The notes beneath the pieces are model-generated. The model ran no database searches and was not told where the DNA came from. It saw only the letters and a list, made by a program, of their open reading frames with translations. DNA of 63,543 nt, the filler included, from Globobulimina sp. (taxonomy: Eukaryota): NCBI GenBank assembly GCA_003354225.1. It is 26 parts of 26 records of this genome, joined end to end, with 100 filler letters (N's around TTAATTAATTAA, not from the genome) between each part and the next. Parts side by side here need not be neighbours in the genome. Positions count along the whole stretch, not along the records: positions 48,966 to 51,312 come from PIVH01007245.1; positions 51,413 to 53,759 come from PIVH01007246.1; positions 53,860 to 56,205 come from PIVH01007247.1; positions 56,306 to 58,651 come from PIVH01007248.1; positions 58,752 to 61,097 come from PIVH01007249.1; 21 more parts are not named here. One strand, given 5' to 3'. Below are positions 49,108 to 60,029 of this stretch, one piece after another (within the stretch, counting starts at the first letter, position 1; each line of letters begins with the position of its first letter). Position numbers and translations under genes: made by a program.

Positions 49108-49404
49108 TGCTGCCATTTGTAAATACATTATATCGCATCGTGTAAGTTATAGCCTGTTTATTTAATATGTTTGATCTTTCAAAATTATCTAACATTTCCA
49201 TTGAAAAATATCCAACCAATATACCACCAATCTGTCCAAATAATAGTTTAAAATCATCATATAACAAAATTTCTATTGTTGATGGAGTTTCCAATCCGTA
49301 TTGAAAGATGGATTGAGTTTCTATATTCCCCATTATAAAAATGAAAACTCAAATGTTTTATCTTTAAAAATAAAAATTGTATAGACTGAATACTCAGAGC
49401 GTGC

Positions 49405-50814
49405 ATGTCGTCACTTCCATTGATTAGATTTCGAAACTTTGATGCTCAATTGACTGATAATGAATTTTTTAATGCATTTGCGAAATCTGTAGGGAGGGAA
49501 TTAATCACCAAATTATTATTTAATCATTTTAAAAATAATCCAAATGGAATATCAACAATTACAAACATTCAATCAGATATTATTAATACAAGAGACGCAA
49601 ATCAGCAACAAATATTATCACATGATTGTATTGATACATTACCACCGGAAATAATCAGTGAATGTGCATCATATTTAAATTATAAACAATATTTCAAATT
49701 TGCTCAATGTAATAGAAAACTATATATTGCATGTTATACGTTTCCATCAATACAAGAATTATATTTAAATGGTGTTACTAGGCATGCGATGTCAGAATTT
49801 GGTAATGTAAATTTGAATGCATTTAAAAATATTCAAAACTTAATAATGGAGATCACAGATTTCAATGCTTTATCGGCATCAAATAAGAAAATATGGTCAA
49901 ATAATACTTCTTTACACACATTGACATTAAATGCTGATGGATGTAACGAAAATGATATAATATCATTTATCAATAACCAACATTTAATTAATTATAATAA
50001 TATTACAGCTCTGACACTTCGGTGTTGCCGTTTTAGATCAGAATTAATTTATGATATATTATCCCAATTTGCACAACTTCAAAATTTGCAACTTTACGTT
50101 ATCGGAATGCCGATAATCCGATTGGATAATAATTCTAATTTAACTGATAAAGATGAAATAAAAAAATGGTTTCCAAATATGAGAAGCTTAGTTATCGTGG
50201 ATACAAACACAGCTTTTGCCAGTAATATGATTGGAGCATTACATAATTCATTGGAATCATTAGAAATCCGAAATGCAACAATTGTGTCGACGTTAAATGC
50301 AAGATTTCCTAAACTGCAGTCATTGGAATTGACCGGGAATTTACACTTATTAAAAATGCCATTAATGTCATTGAAACATGTTACACTTTTATCTTTTGAT
50401 GAAGCTGTAATACATACATTTATTGAGAATACAATATGCAAACAATTAACAGTGGAAAATGTTACAATTTATTCACAAGATGTAAATTCATTTTCTATTT
50501 TACAGAAAATAGAATCAATATTGGCAAAAAACAGAAATATTGAAAGAAAATGTAAAAGGTTACGCATTGTCCTTATATTTCTTGGAAATGATCCTTTTGA
50601 TGATGATAAGAATTTATTTGGATTGCAAATATTTCGAATAAGTAATGCATTAAAACTATCAGTTATTAATAATTGGTGTTTAGAAATACTACATAATTCT
50701 CCTAATTTTAATAAAGAAAATTTACAAAATGAATTGAATGAAATGAAAAGAAATTATTTTCTTGCTTATGAAATTAAAGAAAATAAAGTGACCATTGTTG
50801 TTAAAGGTGCATGA
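49405..50814 (+). CDS. F-box protein with LRR-like repeats
   Basis: IDTLPPEIISECASYLNYKQYFKFAQCNRKLY (F-box), then LxxLxL repeats. Confidence 0.65.
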   Translation: MSSLPLIRFRNFDAQLTDNEFFNAFAKSVGRELITKLLFNHFKNNPNGISTITNIQSDIINTRDANQQQILSHDCIDTLPPEIISECASYLNYKQYFKFAQCNRKLYIACYTFPSIQELYLNGVTRHAMSEFGNVNLNAFKNIQNLIMEITDFNALSASNKKIWSNNTSLHTLTLNADGCNENDIISFINNQHLINYNNITALTLRCCRFRSELIYDILSQFAQLQNLQLYVIGMPIIRLDNNSNLTDKDEIKKWFPNMRSLVIVDTNTAFASNMIGALHNSLESLEIRNATIVSTLNARFPKLQSLELTGNLHLLKMPLMSLKHVTLLSFDEAVIHTFIENTICKQLTVENVTIYSQDVNSFSILQKIESILAKNRNIERKCKRLRIVLIFLGNDPFDDDKNLFGLQIFRISNALKLSVINNWCLEILHNSPNFNKENLQNELNEMKRNYFLAYEIKENKVTIVVKGA

Positions 50815-51123
50815 AGACAATGTACAGCATATTTATACAAAAAGCATAGACTTTATAACCTTGTCATTCCTTGATCCAATAAAATAATAAAGTGAACTTC
50901 AAAGAGCTATTTTCAAAAACGGAAATGAGAAACTATTTAGCAACCACTGCATTTAGGAAACCTAGGCTCAAAAAAACCCAGCAAACTTGAAATATGAAAT
51001 GATTGTGAAAACTAAATGGGACAGATGTGAGACGTCATTGTAAATAATTTGAGAACTAAAAATCTCTCGAAACAATAAATAAATATCATATATATCAAAA
51101 TTAATCATTAAACTCTGGAAAAA

Positions 51124-51312
51124 TTATTCTTGTATTGGTACGTTGACGGGGTCGAATAACATACCAGACCGAACATCAAATAGTTCACTAATCGACTCCC
51201 GAAAATGTATAGATTCAATCGCTTTGGCTAACAACTGCGCCACTGATAAATGCAATATCTTATCGCCATGAGCCTTCCCTTTGAATGGAATTGTATTGCA
51301 AACCACAACCTT
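51124..51312 (-). CDS. PRPS: Ribose-phosphate pyrophosphokinase, C-terminal fragment
   Basis: KVVVCNTIP...KILHLSVAQLLAKAIESIHFRESISELF. Confidence 0.85.
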   Translation of the reverse strand, partial: KVVVCNTIPFKGKAHGDKILHLSVAQLLAKAIESIHFRESISELFDVRSGMLFDPVNVPIQE

Positions 51313-51412
51313 NNNNNNNNNNNNNNNNNNNNNNNNNNNNNNNNNNNNNNNNNNNNTTAATTAATTAANNNNNNNNNNNNNNNNNNNNNNNNNNNNNNNN
51401 NNNNNNNNNNNN

Positions 51413-51859
51413 AGTATAATCTTTTTCTAATGCTGTCGACGCTCTCCATAAATCCAATTGCGTATTAATTTGATCCTCCGCCTCAACGATCACTTGTTTA
51501 ATAAAGCTCACTGTCGTTGGCTTCTACGTACCTAATGCAATAATCATAAACTTCGTTAACATTGTTATTATTTTCTGCGATCGCTGATATTCATTCACTT
51601 TTATTGATTTAAAGAACGGAATAATGAGTTTTAGAACTTTGTCCTGCACACTTTCCGTAATTATCATAATCTTATTATTGGCCCATGATTTAATAATTGA
51701 GCTGGAGTCAGCCCTCTCACTCCCAAATCTCATATCGTTATATGTTTCCCTACATACAACAATATGCGAATCAAATAATGATTTTGCTAATTCAAACGCA
51801 AGATTTGCCTGCATTTTATTGTATTCATTTAATTGAATATTTGCAATTTTACTAAGCAT
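51413..51859 (-). pseudogene. ORF downstream of the tyrosine recombinase with an internal TAG; possibly element-associated
   Basis: The frame continues past TAG 51524..51526 (KPTTVSFIKQVIVEAEDQ...) to the contig end. Confidence 0.35.
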
Positions 51860-52315
51860 ATTGCTGACTGCTTGTTTGTGTATTTTCTATCTTCGACTTT
51901 GTTATGCTCTCTTCTGTCTTTTTTATGTCAAGAAAAGAAAAGTTTTGATTGCTCAGTGATACAAAAACCACTCAAGTCAAGCAACTCAAAACAGATAATA
52001 TGTAATTCTCAAAACAAATATGAAACTTCCGTTTTAGCAAACGTTTAGTTTTATATCTGCTTATCGATATGGACAAAACTAATTATTAATATAATATAAT
52101 TTAATTAATATATTTATTTGTCAACCAACAAATAAATCAATCCCAATCATCCACAAATAGATGATATCCAAATCGCTAATTAATACAATCATAATTAACC
52201 ATATTCACTAATGTCCATTTCGATAATATTAAATATTAAATTTAAACAAAAATTGTATACTAATCCTCTGTTTTTATGTTTGGACATAAAAACGGATTGT
52301 TACATGTTATATTCT

Positions 52316-53605
52316 TTATATGTTTGCCTGTGTTAAATTCTTCTTATAATCTTTGAAGAATTCTAATGATAAAATATTTGACTTATTATTTGGTAAATTG
52401 CATATCAAATCACATTCCGCTTTATCCAAATCAATACAATCCAGATTTTCTTTAAATCCATATAAAAATATATTCGCCAAAGCCTTCATTTCTGGTTGTG
52501 TATGAATCACATATTTATAAATTGCTGCCAACATTTTCCATCTACCTGCAAATGCAATTAAACTCGCTAACACCCCACGTTGTGTCAAGGTGGTTGCAAA
52601 TCCTTTCCTTAATCCATGGAATCTTAATTTATCTCCATCGAGGAAACCCATTTCAACAATTATTTCTTTCCACGATTTCTTAATGGCTGTCAACGTACAG
52701 TTTTTATTTGGTGCTTGAAATAAATATCTTTTACTCAATCTATGTTTATACATCCTTTTCAATTCATGCTTTTGTATATTATATATGTGATATATAATCC
52801 TTGTCGGATTTATATCTTTATTTGTTTTCCCTAAACGCAGAAACACGTCTTCTCCCTCTGTTGCCGACTTTGAATGTCTTAGTCGTACTCTCACGTGATC
52901 TAAGAAATTAATTGCCTTTGAATACGCATTGTTAATATACAATCTGTTTCTGGTTATATCTCTCCAATAAAATGCTAAGTCCGATAAATAAATGCCATAT
53001 CCTTCATATCTTTTGTCAGCATTTTCATAACACTCTGCCCCTCTTAGTCCCAAAATGCCTACAAATAATAAGGACATTGCCATCAAATACCAATACAGTC
53101 TCTCTATATCTAACCATATTTTCTCAAAAGATATCCAATTCTTTTTTAGTAACTCCTCCTGTTTCGTCAATTTCAATTTATAATATACTCTAAATTCCAA
53201 GATATAATTTATTATTTGTTTTAATATTTCAACAGTGACTGGTAATGTATCACTCCCTTTTCCCGGAAATCTCTTTTTAACAAATTTTGTCAATGCATAT
53301 AATGATGGATTCGTAGACCACGATTGCTTGATACCACATAATTGTGCCACAAAATCCAATCCTCTCAACTTCCCTCTTATTGTCGTATAACAGTTCTTTC
53401 TTTTTCTAATCCAACAACAATCAATTATGTATATTTGCAAAATAGCGTCATCAATGGGAAAGTCCCATACATATTTGTCCGGAATATTAAGTCGTCTCAT
53501 TGTTCTCCAAAATTCAAGAAAGTAATCTTGATATGTTCCTTCTGACGATGCCTTTACTCCTCCATTTTGCGCCGAAAGTAATATCGATTTATAGATTGGA
53601 TTCAC
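52316..53605 (-). mobile_element. Tyrosine recombinase of a DIRS/Ngaro/Crypton-type element
   Basis: ILGLRGAEC (R), RHSKS (K), RFHGLRKGFAT (HxxR), AGRW and IYKYV (Y); no N-terminal ATG. Confidence 0.87.
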
Positions 53606-53859
53606 GTAATTAAATAGCGGACTGTTAAAGTTTCTTTCTCTGACTGTGTAGTTTTACATTTTTGTTTTAAGTATTTTTAGTGGCCCCTTACATTTTATTT
53701 CAAGCATGGCACTTTTATTTTAGTTTTATTTTTATATTTTAAAGGAAGTTATTTTTAACNNNNNNNNNNNNNNNNNNNNNNNNNNNNNNNNNNNNNNNNN
53801 NNNTTAATTAATTAANNNNNNNNNNNNNNNNNNNNNNNNNNNNNNNNNNNNNNNNNNNN

Positions 53860-53975
53860 GTCGTTGGGGTATTTTGGGCGGTTTCTGTGTGTCGTTCGCG
53901 TATTTTTGGCGGTTTCTGTGTCGTTGGGGTATTTTTGGCGGTTTCTGTGTGTCGTTTGCGTTTTTTGGCGGTCAC
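53860..53975. repeat. Minisatellite of alternating ~31/29-bp units
   Basis: gtcgttggggtattttgggcggtttctgtgt alternating with gtcgttcgcgtatttttggcggtttctgt; about 4 units, cut by the contig edge. Confidence 0.85.
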
Positions 53976-54571
53976 TCGTTTTGGCAAATATATTTGAAAC
54001 CGCCAAAAACTGAACCACAAACACCTAAACAAAGACAGTTTTAAACAAAGGCAGCCTTGATACCATATCCAGACCCAACAATATTTGCACTGAACCGTGT
54101 ATGTGTTTGTATGCGTTTTTTGTATGGAATGTTTATTTTTGCAAACTGCCATGTAAACAAAAAAATAAGTGTATCAAATTTTGTTAATAATGTAGCTCAA
54201 AACGAGCCACCGGTTAACTCACTTAACTGGTGATTTGGGTTTAAATCCCAACATTTATTTTGCACCTGAGATTATTGTACATTTATTTTTTGGCATCGAG
54301 ACTACAAATAATCTGTTCAAAATTTGTTTTTGTTTTGTTTACACTTTTGTGGTTGTCTTCTACTTTCACTTCAATTTTTTTTTTGTTATATGCAATTTAT
54401 TTTTTGTCTCAATGTCATATTCAAAATAATTTATGTCATGAGCAATTTAATTTATGTCATGAGCAATTTATTTTATGGAAAAGCACCCTTTCTTGTCCTA
54501 AGCAATTTATTTCTTGTCCTGGCCAATTTTTTTTTTGTATTTTTCCAATTTTTTGTAATATTTGAGGATTT

Positions 54572-55360
54572 TTAAACTGCTGAAGTGTAATTAACATCAT
54601 ATGATGGAATACTTGTTGTTGATTGCTGTGATGGAGAAGAAGTAGGTGATGGAGTAATTGCATGGCTATTTGTTGGGTTACTCGTAGGACAGTTTGTATT
54701 GTCATGATATGCAATTGTTGTATTACATGGTGCTTCACTGACATTTGTAGGTAATGAAAATTGCAATGCATTTCCATCAGCATCTAAACATGCTTGTGTT
54801 TCTTTACTGACATTAAATGTCACAGTCAACCCAATACAAATAATTTCTTCATCCAAATGTGATACTATTTTCAAATCAAAATCACTGTTTGTCGAACCAC
54901 CGTGTATTGCTCCAGATGGCATCCATGCAATTTTTTTTGGATTACCATATGCTTCATATCTAAATTGATTTGTCCATTGTTTTGGTAATCTATACCAATT
55001 TCGATCGGATGAACCCATGCCATGTCTTACCCAGACACCTTTCACACCAATTCTATGATTTATAACTGTAAAATATATTGCATTTTGCCATGTTTGTGCA
55101 TGATTATATTGTATATACCATATATAAATACCACCACACACAGGACATGGTATTCTTTTCCATGTTAAATCCAATGCTACGCCACTCCCTGTACGCACAT
55201 AATTGATTTGTCCGCCTGCGTTACTTAAATGTAAATTTAGTCCCTGTCCATTATTTTGAACCGCATTTATATCCGCAATCTCTTGCACTAAAAACACTGT
55301 CGAACCAATTGGTCCGCTCACCATAAAGCATACTCCACAGTTTTGTCCACAATTATCATC
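54572..55360 (-). CDS. Expansin-like protein (DPBB + CBM63-like) with a PT-repeat tail; 3' half of a chimeric ORF
   Basis: NCGVCFMVSGPIGS, LTWKRIPCPV, FTVINHRIGVKGVWV and WYRLPKQWTNQF; PTSNPT-type repeats. Confidence 0.7.
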   Translation of the reverse strand, partial: DDNCGQNCGVCFMVSGPIGSTVFLVQEIADINAVQNNGQGLNLHLSNAGGQINYVRTGSGVALDLTWKRIPCPVCGGIYIWYIQYNHAQTWQNAIYFTVINHRIGVKGVWVRHGMGSSDRNWYRLPKQWTNQFRYEAYGNPKKIAWMPSGAIHGGSTNSDFDLKIVSHLDEEIICIGLTVTFNVSKETQACLDADGNALQFSLPTNVSEAPCNTTIAYHDNTNCPTSNPTNSHAITPSPTSSPSQQSTTSIPSYDVNYTSAV

Positions 55361-56167
55361 TGTTACATTTTCTGTTTGTGACAACACAACCTGCTGATTG
55401 TTTGCAGGATAATTGGGATCAGACCAACTGTCGCCTTCAATTACTTTGTAATCGTGGGTACCGGCATCCAGTGATTTTGTTAGTTCATACAATGCATTTG
55501 CATTTTGGCTCATCACATAATCAGGATCGGTGGTATTCCACCCTTGCATGGAACCAACAATGCGAGCAGCAGTTGAGGCTGAGCCTGCTGTATAGGTTCC
55601 TATCGGGACAGGGAATTGGGCGGTGGCATTTGATGTTTCACCATCAAGGGCATTTGGTCCGCTATATGAAAAATTTGCTAACACAAAAGTAGAACCGTCG
55701 GGGCCGGTACCACTAACCCGATAAGCCCAACCATCCATATACTCCCAAGGTTCACCATTGCCATCAACATTTATATCGCCAAATACATCAACAACATTTC
55801 CATTCATAAATAATTCGACAGCATCGTCACCATTAATTAACATGGCAGTACTTGTATAATCCGGATCAAAACCAAACCAGTTCTTAAACTGTGGAATTTC
55901 TGAAGATACATAAATAAAATCACCGGACGTATAGCTATCTGCGGGGAACGTAAACTCCTCTCCATCTGAACCTCCTCCATTGTTTGCAGAACCCAAGCCA
56001 TAAATACTGACATCAGCGATATTGTTAATCACATATATTTCTACACCTTTTGGAGTACCTCCGGATAAAGGTCCGTCGTATACCGCAGTGAGTACCATAT
56101 CCTGGGCAATGGATGATACTCCCCAGAATATCAAAAGAATCATTAATGTATTAGTAAATTTTTTCAT
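55361..56167 (-). CDS. Bacteroidota-type secreted protein N-terminus (lamin-tail-like domain plus glycan-binding X25-like start); 5' half of a chimeric ORF
   Basis: MKK signal peptide ending IAQD; YDGPLSGGTPKGVEIY, GSANNGGGSDGEEFTF, INGDDAVEL, GEPWEYMDGWAYR and IVGSMQGWN; no introns, higher GC. Confidence 0.75.
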
Positions 56168-56755
56168 AAACAATTTATTTAGATTAACATATAATTATTT
56201 CAACANNNNNNNNNNNNNNNNNNNNNNNNNNNNNNNNNNNNNNNNNNNNTTAATTAATTAANNNNNNNNNNNNNNNNNNNNNNNNNNNNNNNNNNNNNNN
56301 NNNNNTTGATTTCTTAAAGTTTTGAAGAAGGAGGATATACATTTTATTCAATATTGGATTTGCTATAACTTTGTGTTGGATTTGCTCGAAATGTATGTAA
56401 ATAAAAAGTATACAACTTATCTCCCGACCACGGTGTTATCCATTGGAATATCGTTTGTATTATGCATTGATCTCATACATCAATTTAGTATTTAACAGAA
56501 ATATCAGCAATCAAATACATAATACATTATTAATAAATAGATAAAAAATATAAACATATATAAATTCATAAAAACATAAAGAAAGATAGAAAACAAACAA
56601 TTAAGTACACCATTAACACCATACACAAACACACAAACAAAGAAAAAAAAAGCACTCGAAGAAAAAACAAAAGATATATAATAAAAATTACACATGCAAT
56701 GAAAGACAAAAAGAGAATTATTATAAAAAAAAACAATAATATTTGCCATTGTTTA

Positions 56756-58357
56756 TCACCATTCACGATGGTCTTCTTCATCATCATTAGTTTCCTGCGT
56801 ATCTTGAGATTGAGAGTGGTGTGATTCAGTTTGATTATGTTCATCAATTTCACGTAATTCCATGTCATCATTATAATCATATTTGTATTTATATCTTTTA
56901 TATTTTTTATGATATTCTCTATGATCCCTTGCTGTTTTTATTGTTGATTCACTGAATGTGTCAGCACTAATTATTGTTGTTTTTAACGAAGATTGCGATA
57001 CTGTTTGAGTCGCGAATGCTGATTCGGAGTATGATGAACTGTTTGAGCATGAACATGAGTATGATGAAATTGATGAGGATGACGATGGAGAACAGGAACA
57101 GGAACAGGAACAGCAATATGATGAAGAAGATGAGGATGGATTTGATTTTGTATCATAGCTATTATTTGGATGATGAAATCTGTCAATGATTTCCTGTGAT
57201 TTTGTTCGTATTTTTTGCCGTTTTATTGTTTGCGGATATCTGTCAGATGATTCTTGTGGTAATTTAAGACGATTATTATTCCTTGATATTGGGATATGAT
57301 TTAGATTGCTAATATTTAGTTGTTGCGGTAAGATATATAATGACTTATATTCCAAAGACGAACTACGTTTTCTAAACACTTTGTTAACTTCTTGTTTAAT
57401 GGGTATGTCATCCTCATTATCATCATTCGTACCGTCTTTATTATCAGTAATGGTTATTTTTATCGGTTTCGTTTCATTTACAGACTGTAATTGAATAGAT
57501 ATCGGTTTCCGGTTCGGCTCAAAATATGCAACAATACATACAATAACAATACATCCGATGAGAGCGCACAATACGCCAACAATAATAAATGCCTTCCAGC
57601 CCCAATTTCTTTTATCACCCCACCATGATAATAAATAGTTTAATTCGCTTTTTTCGGATTCATTGTCTTTATTATTGTGCTGGTTACGATTTACATCAAC
57701 AAAAGAAGTTGGTTCCATGGTTGGATTATATGTTGGAACATATGTTGGCCCCAATGATATTTTATCATTATTTGTCTGACTTTCTTCAGTTGCTTGACAT
57801 ATAATGATTATATTTGATAATGCTTCAAATTGATTGGTTCTTCCGGCAGATAATTGAAATATAAAATTTATATTAAATATCTCCAATGCGTTTACTATTA
57901 TATTATGCATAGAATAATTCATAAATTGCGCTTTGAATTGACATATTGGGAATTGTTTGTTTTGTTTATTAGTATTGACATGATATGGTTTATTTTGTTC
58001 ATCATCAAAGCGAAGATAAAACTCTTCTTTCTCATTGTTATTAAAATGAAACTTGACTCCAACATCTCCTCCAACATCGCACGCATAATATAAAATAAAA
58101 GATATTTCAATATGGGATAATTTGTTACATTTAAAGTGTCTGTTTAATGAAGGGAGAAAATTACTTCCTCCGCCATAGAAACCATGATATTTTGTACCAT
58201 TGTTGCCAACGGTCATCATGTTATTACTCCATCCATATATCCCATTTGGATCAAATAAAAAATCATCAATCCATATATTAGTGATGGTTGTGATACTATT
58301 TGAAGCATTCCATAAAAGGGACCAACACCATAACACAAAAAGAAGAGTTGCAGACAT
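56756..58357 (-). CDS. Type I single-pass membrane protein
   Basis: Signal peptide, ectodomain, PTxxPT stalk, TM helix AFIIVGVLCALIGCIVIVCIVAYF, Ser/Cys-rich cytoplasmic tail. Confidence 0.75.
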   Translation of the reverse strand: MSATLLFVLWCWSLLWNASNSITTITNIWIDDFLFDPNGIYGWSNNMMTVGNNGTKYHGFYGGGSNFLPSLNRHFKCNKLSHIEISFILYYACDVGGDVGVKFHFNNNEKEEFYLRFDDEQNKPYHVNTNKQNKQFPICQFKAQFMNYSMHNIIVNALEIFNINFIFQLSAGRTNQFEALSNIIIICQATEESQTNNDKISLGPTYVPTYNPTMEPTSFVDVNRNQHNNKDNESEKSELNYLLSWWGDKRNWGWKAFIIVGVLCALIGCIVIVCIVAYFEPNRKPISIQLQSVNETKPIKITITDNKDGTNDDNEDDIPIKQEVNKVFRKRSSSLEYKSLYILPQQLNISNLNHIPISRNNNRLKLPQESSDRYPQTIKRQKIRTKSQEIIDRFHHPNNSYDTKSNPSSSSSSYCCSCSCSCSPSSSSSISSYSCSCSNSSSYSESAFATQTVSQSSLKTTIISADTFSESTIKTARDHREYHKKYKRYKYKYDYNDDMELREIDEHNQTESHHSQSQDTQETNDDEEDHREW

Positions 58358-58477
58358 GCAGAGACTGAGAGTTTAATATTTGAGTTTTTAATTAACGCAT
58401 AAAACTTTACTTGTCCTCAAATTAAGCGGTAGTTAGGACAAAAAATAAAACAAAAATACAAGTTTGTTATATTTTAT

Positions 58478-58651
58478 TTAAATGTATGGCATTCTTTTCA
58501 TTCCACGCCTTTGTCCCCTCCCAGATTCCGCCATATTATCATATAAATCCAACATGGAGCTAACTTTGGCCGCCGCTTTGGTCATAGAAGCTAAGTAAGT
58601 CATCATCATACCATTTGACATTTCATTATAAAAATCTTTATTAAACTTATC
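58478..58651 (-). CDS. CSN6: COP9 signalosome subunit 6-like (MPN family) C-terminal fragment; not in the ORF track
   Basis: DKFNKDFYNEMSNGMMMTYLASMTKAAAKV...GRGQRRGM resembles the CSN6 C-terminal helices. Confidence 0.55.
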   Translation of the reverse strand, partial: DKFNKDFYNEMSNGMMMTYLASMTKAAAKVSSMLDLYDNMAESGRGQRRGMKRMPYI

Positions 58652-58751
58652 NNNNNNNNNNNNNNNNNNNNNNNNNNNNNNNNNNNNNNNNNNNNTTAAT
58701 TAATTAANNNNNNNNNNNNNNNNNNNNNNNNNNNNNNNNNNNNNNNNNNNN

Positions 58752-59350
58752 TTAAAGGGAATAAAAGGGATGGGAATCGAGTACGTTTCTTTAATGAGAT
58801 TAGCGCGGAATTAAAGCAAAGAAAACAAACGAAATTCGAGGAATATTTCGTTGACATTGACGAGTTTATGGCACAGAATGAAGTCGAAGTCAAAGCTAAT
58901 ATTTTTATGATGTCATCGAAGACGCAGCACAATCGCAGCGACCAACTCATCGATATTGCCCATTTATTTGAGTTGAAAATAATGAGCAATGCGAGCAGTT
59001 ATCACAACGGATTATTAGTAAATGCAATCAATAGTGAATATGACGAATCACTACGACGTAAAGAAGCGAAATGGACGCGGATTATGGAATTTGACACGAT
59101 TAATTTGATCAGAGAGGCTTCAATCTTCGTAGCAAACTCCACACACGCGATGGGTGAGATTTATGCCATAAAGACTCGAGCAATGCGACGACCACAGAAC
59201 GCACAGAATGAGATCGAGAAACAGAAGCGATTTGATGAGAGCAATGAGGCCAATAAATCTACGCAAAAGAAGACAATATTCTTCCCAAAGCCGCGAGGAA
59301 AAAAATTGCGTGCAAGATTTTTGACCATTATTACAACAGTATTTTTATAA
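58752..59350 (+). CDS. Hypothetical protein (5'-partial)
   Basis: Frame open from the contig start; no family recognised. Confidence 0.35.
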
Positions 59351-59687
59351 CATTAATTATTCGATGATGTCAGTGCAGTGCGGGCTGTGTTTTGTTAAAT
59401 TTAAACAAATATTATCGCGACAAGTTCATGACCGATTCAAGATTATACGCAATCAAACAGGAAACAGAAATCAACAAACAATCAAATTATTTATTTTTGT
59501 AATTTTGTAATTTCGATTTTTACCTTTTTCATTTTGTACAATTATTATATTATATATTTTTTTATTTTTATTTGTCGTGTTGTGATAATTTTTGTGTCTG
59601 TGTCCAAAATTCGTTTCAGATGTACCCTCATCCAAAACAGGTTTTTCGTATGTTTCTACAAAAAACTTTTTGTTTCACCTTTTTCTT

Positions 59688-59729
59688 ACCATTGAATGAG
59701 TCACTGAATTGTGACGAAACTGGTCTGGT
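59688..59729 (+). ncRNA. Candidate minimal type I hammerhead ribozyme with a variant core
   Basis: ACCA-TTGAATGA-GTCAC(TGAATT)GTGAC-GAAAC-TG-GTC-TGGT: stem I, perfect 5-bp stem II, GAAA, GUC cleavage triplet. Confidence 0.5.
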
Positions 59730-60029
59730 TATATTGAAAATTAAATTTAATTTAATTCGAACACAGTATACTAATTCTAAGCGAAGACCACAGTTCCTCG
59801 GAACACCTCCCCCCCCCTTTATGGGTTTGTGATCACTAAAGTATTGATACCAAACAAGAAATATGAAATAAAGAATATCTATGATGACAGTTTCGTTGAA
59901 GAGACTGAACAGATACATATTCGACATATGCACTGAATGTCGAAGATTTGATGGATTCGACTAATTTGAGAATGGACCTAGTTGGGGGCTGGCCCCGAGA
60001 ACCCAAGAGGATTTTTGTTTTGTTTCTTA

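Noticed and set aside
53860-53975. ~30-bp repeats resembling a CRISPR array
   Set aside because: Units are head-to-tail with no unique spacers, no cas genes are present, and the context is eukaryotic
59610-59641. Second hammerhead-like string on the minus strand (ggatgag...gaaac)
   Set aside because: Core mismatch, weak stem II and no convincing stem I or cleavage triplet
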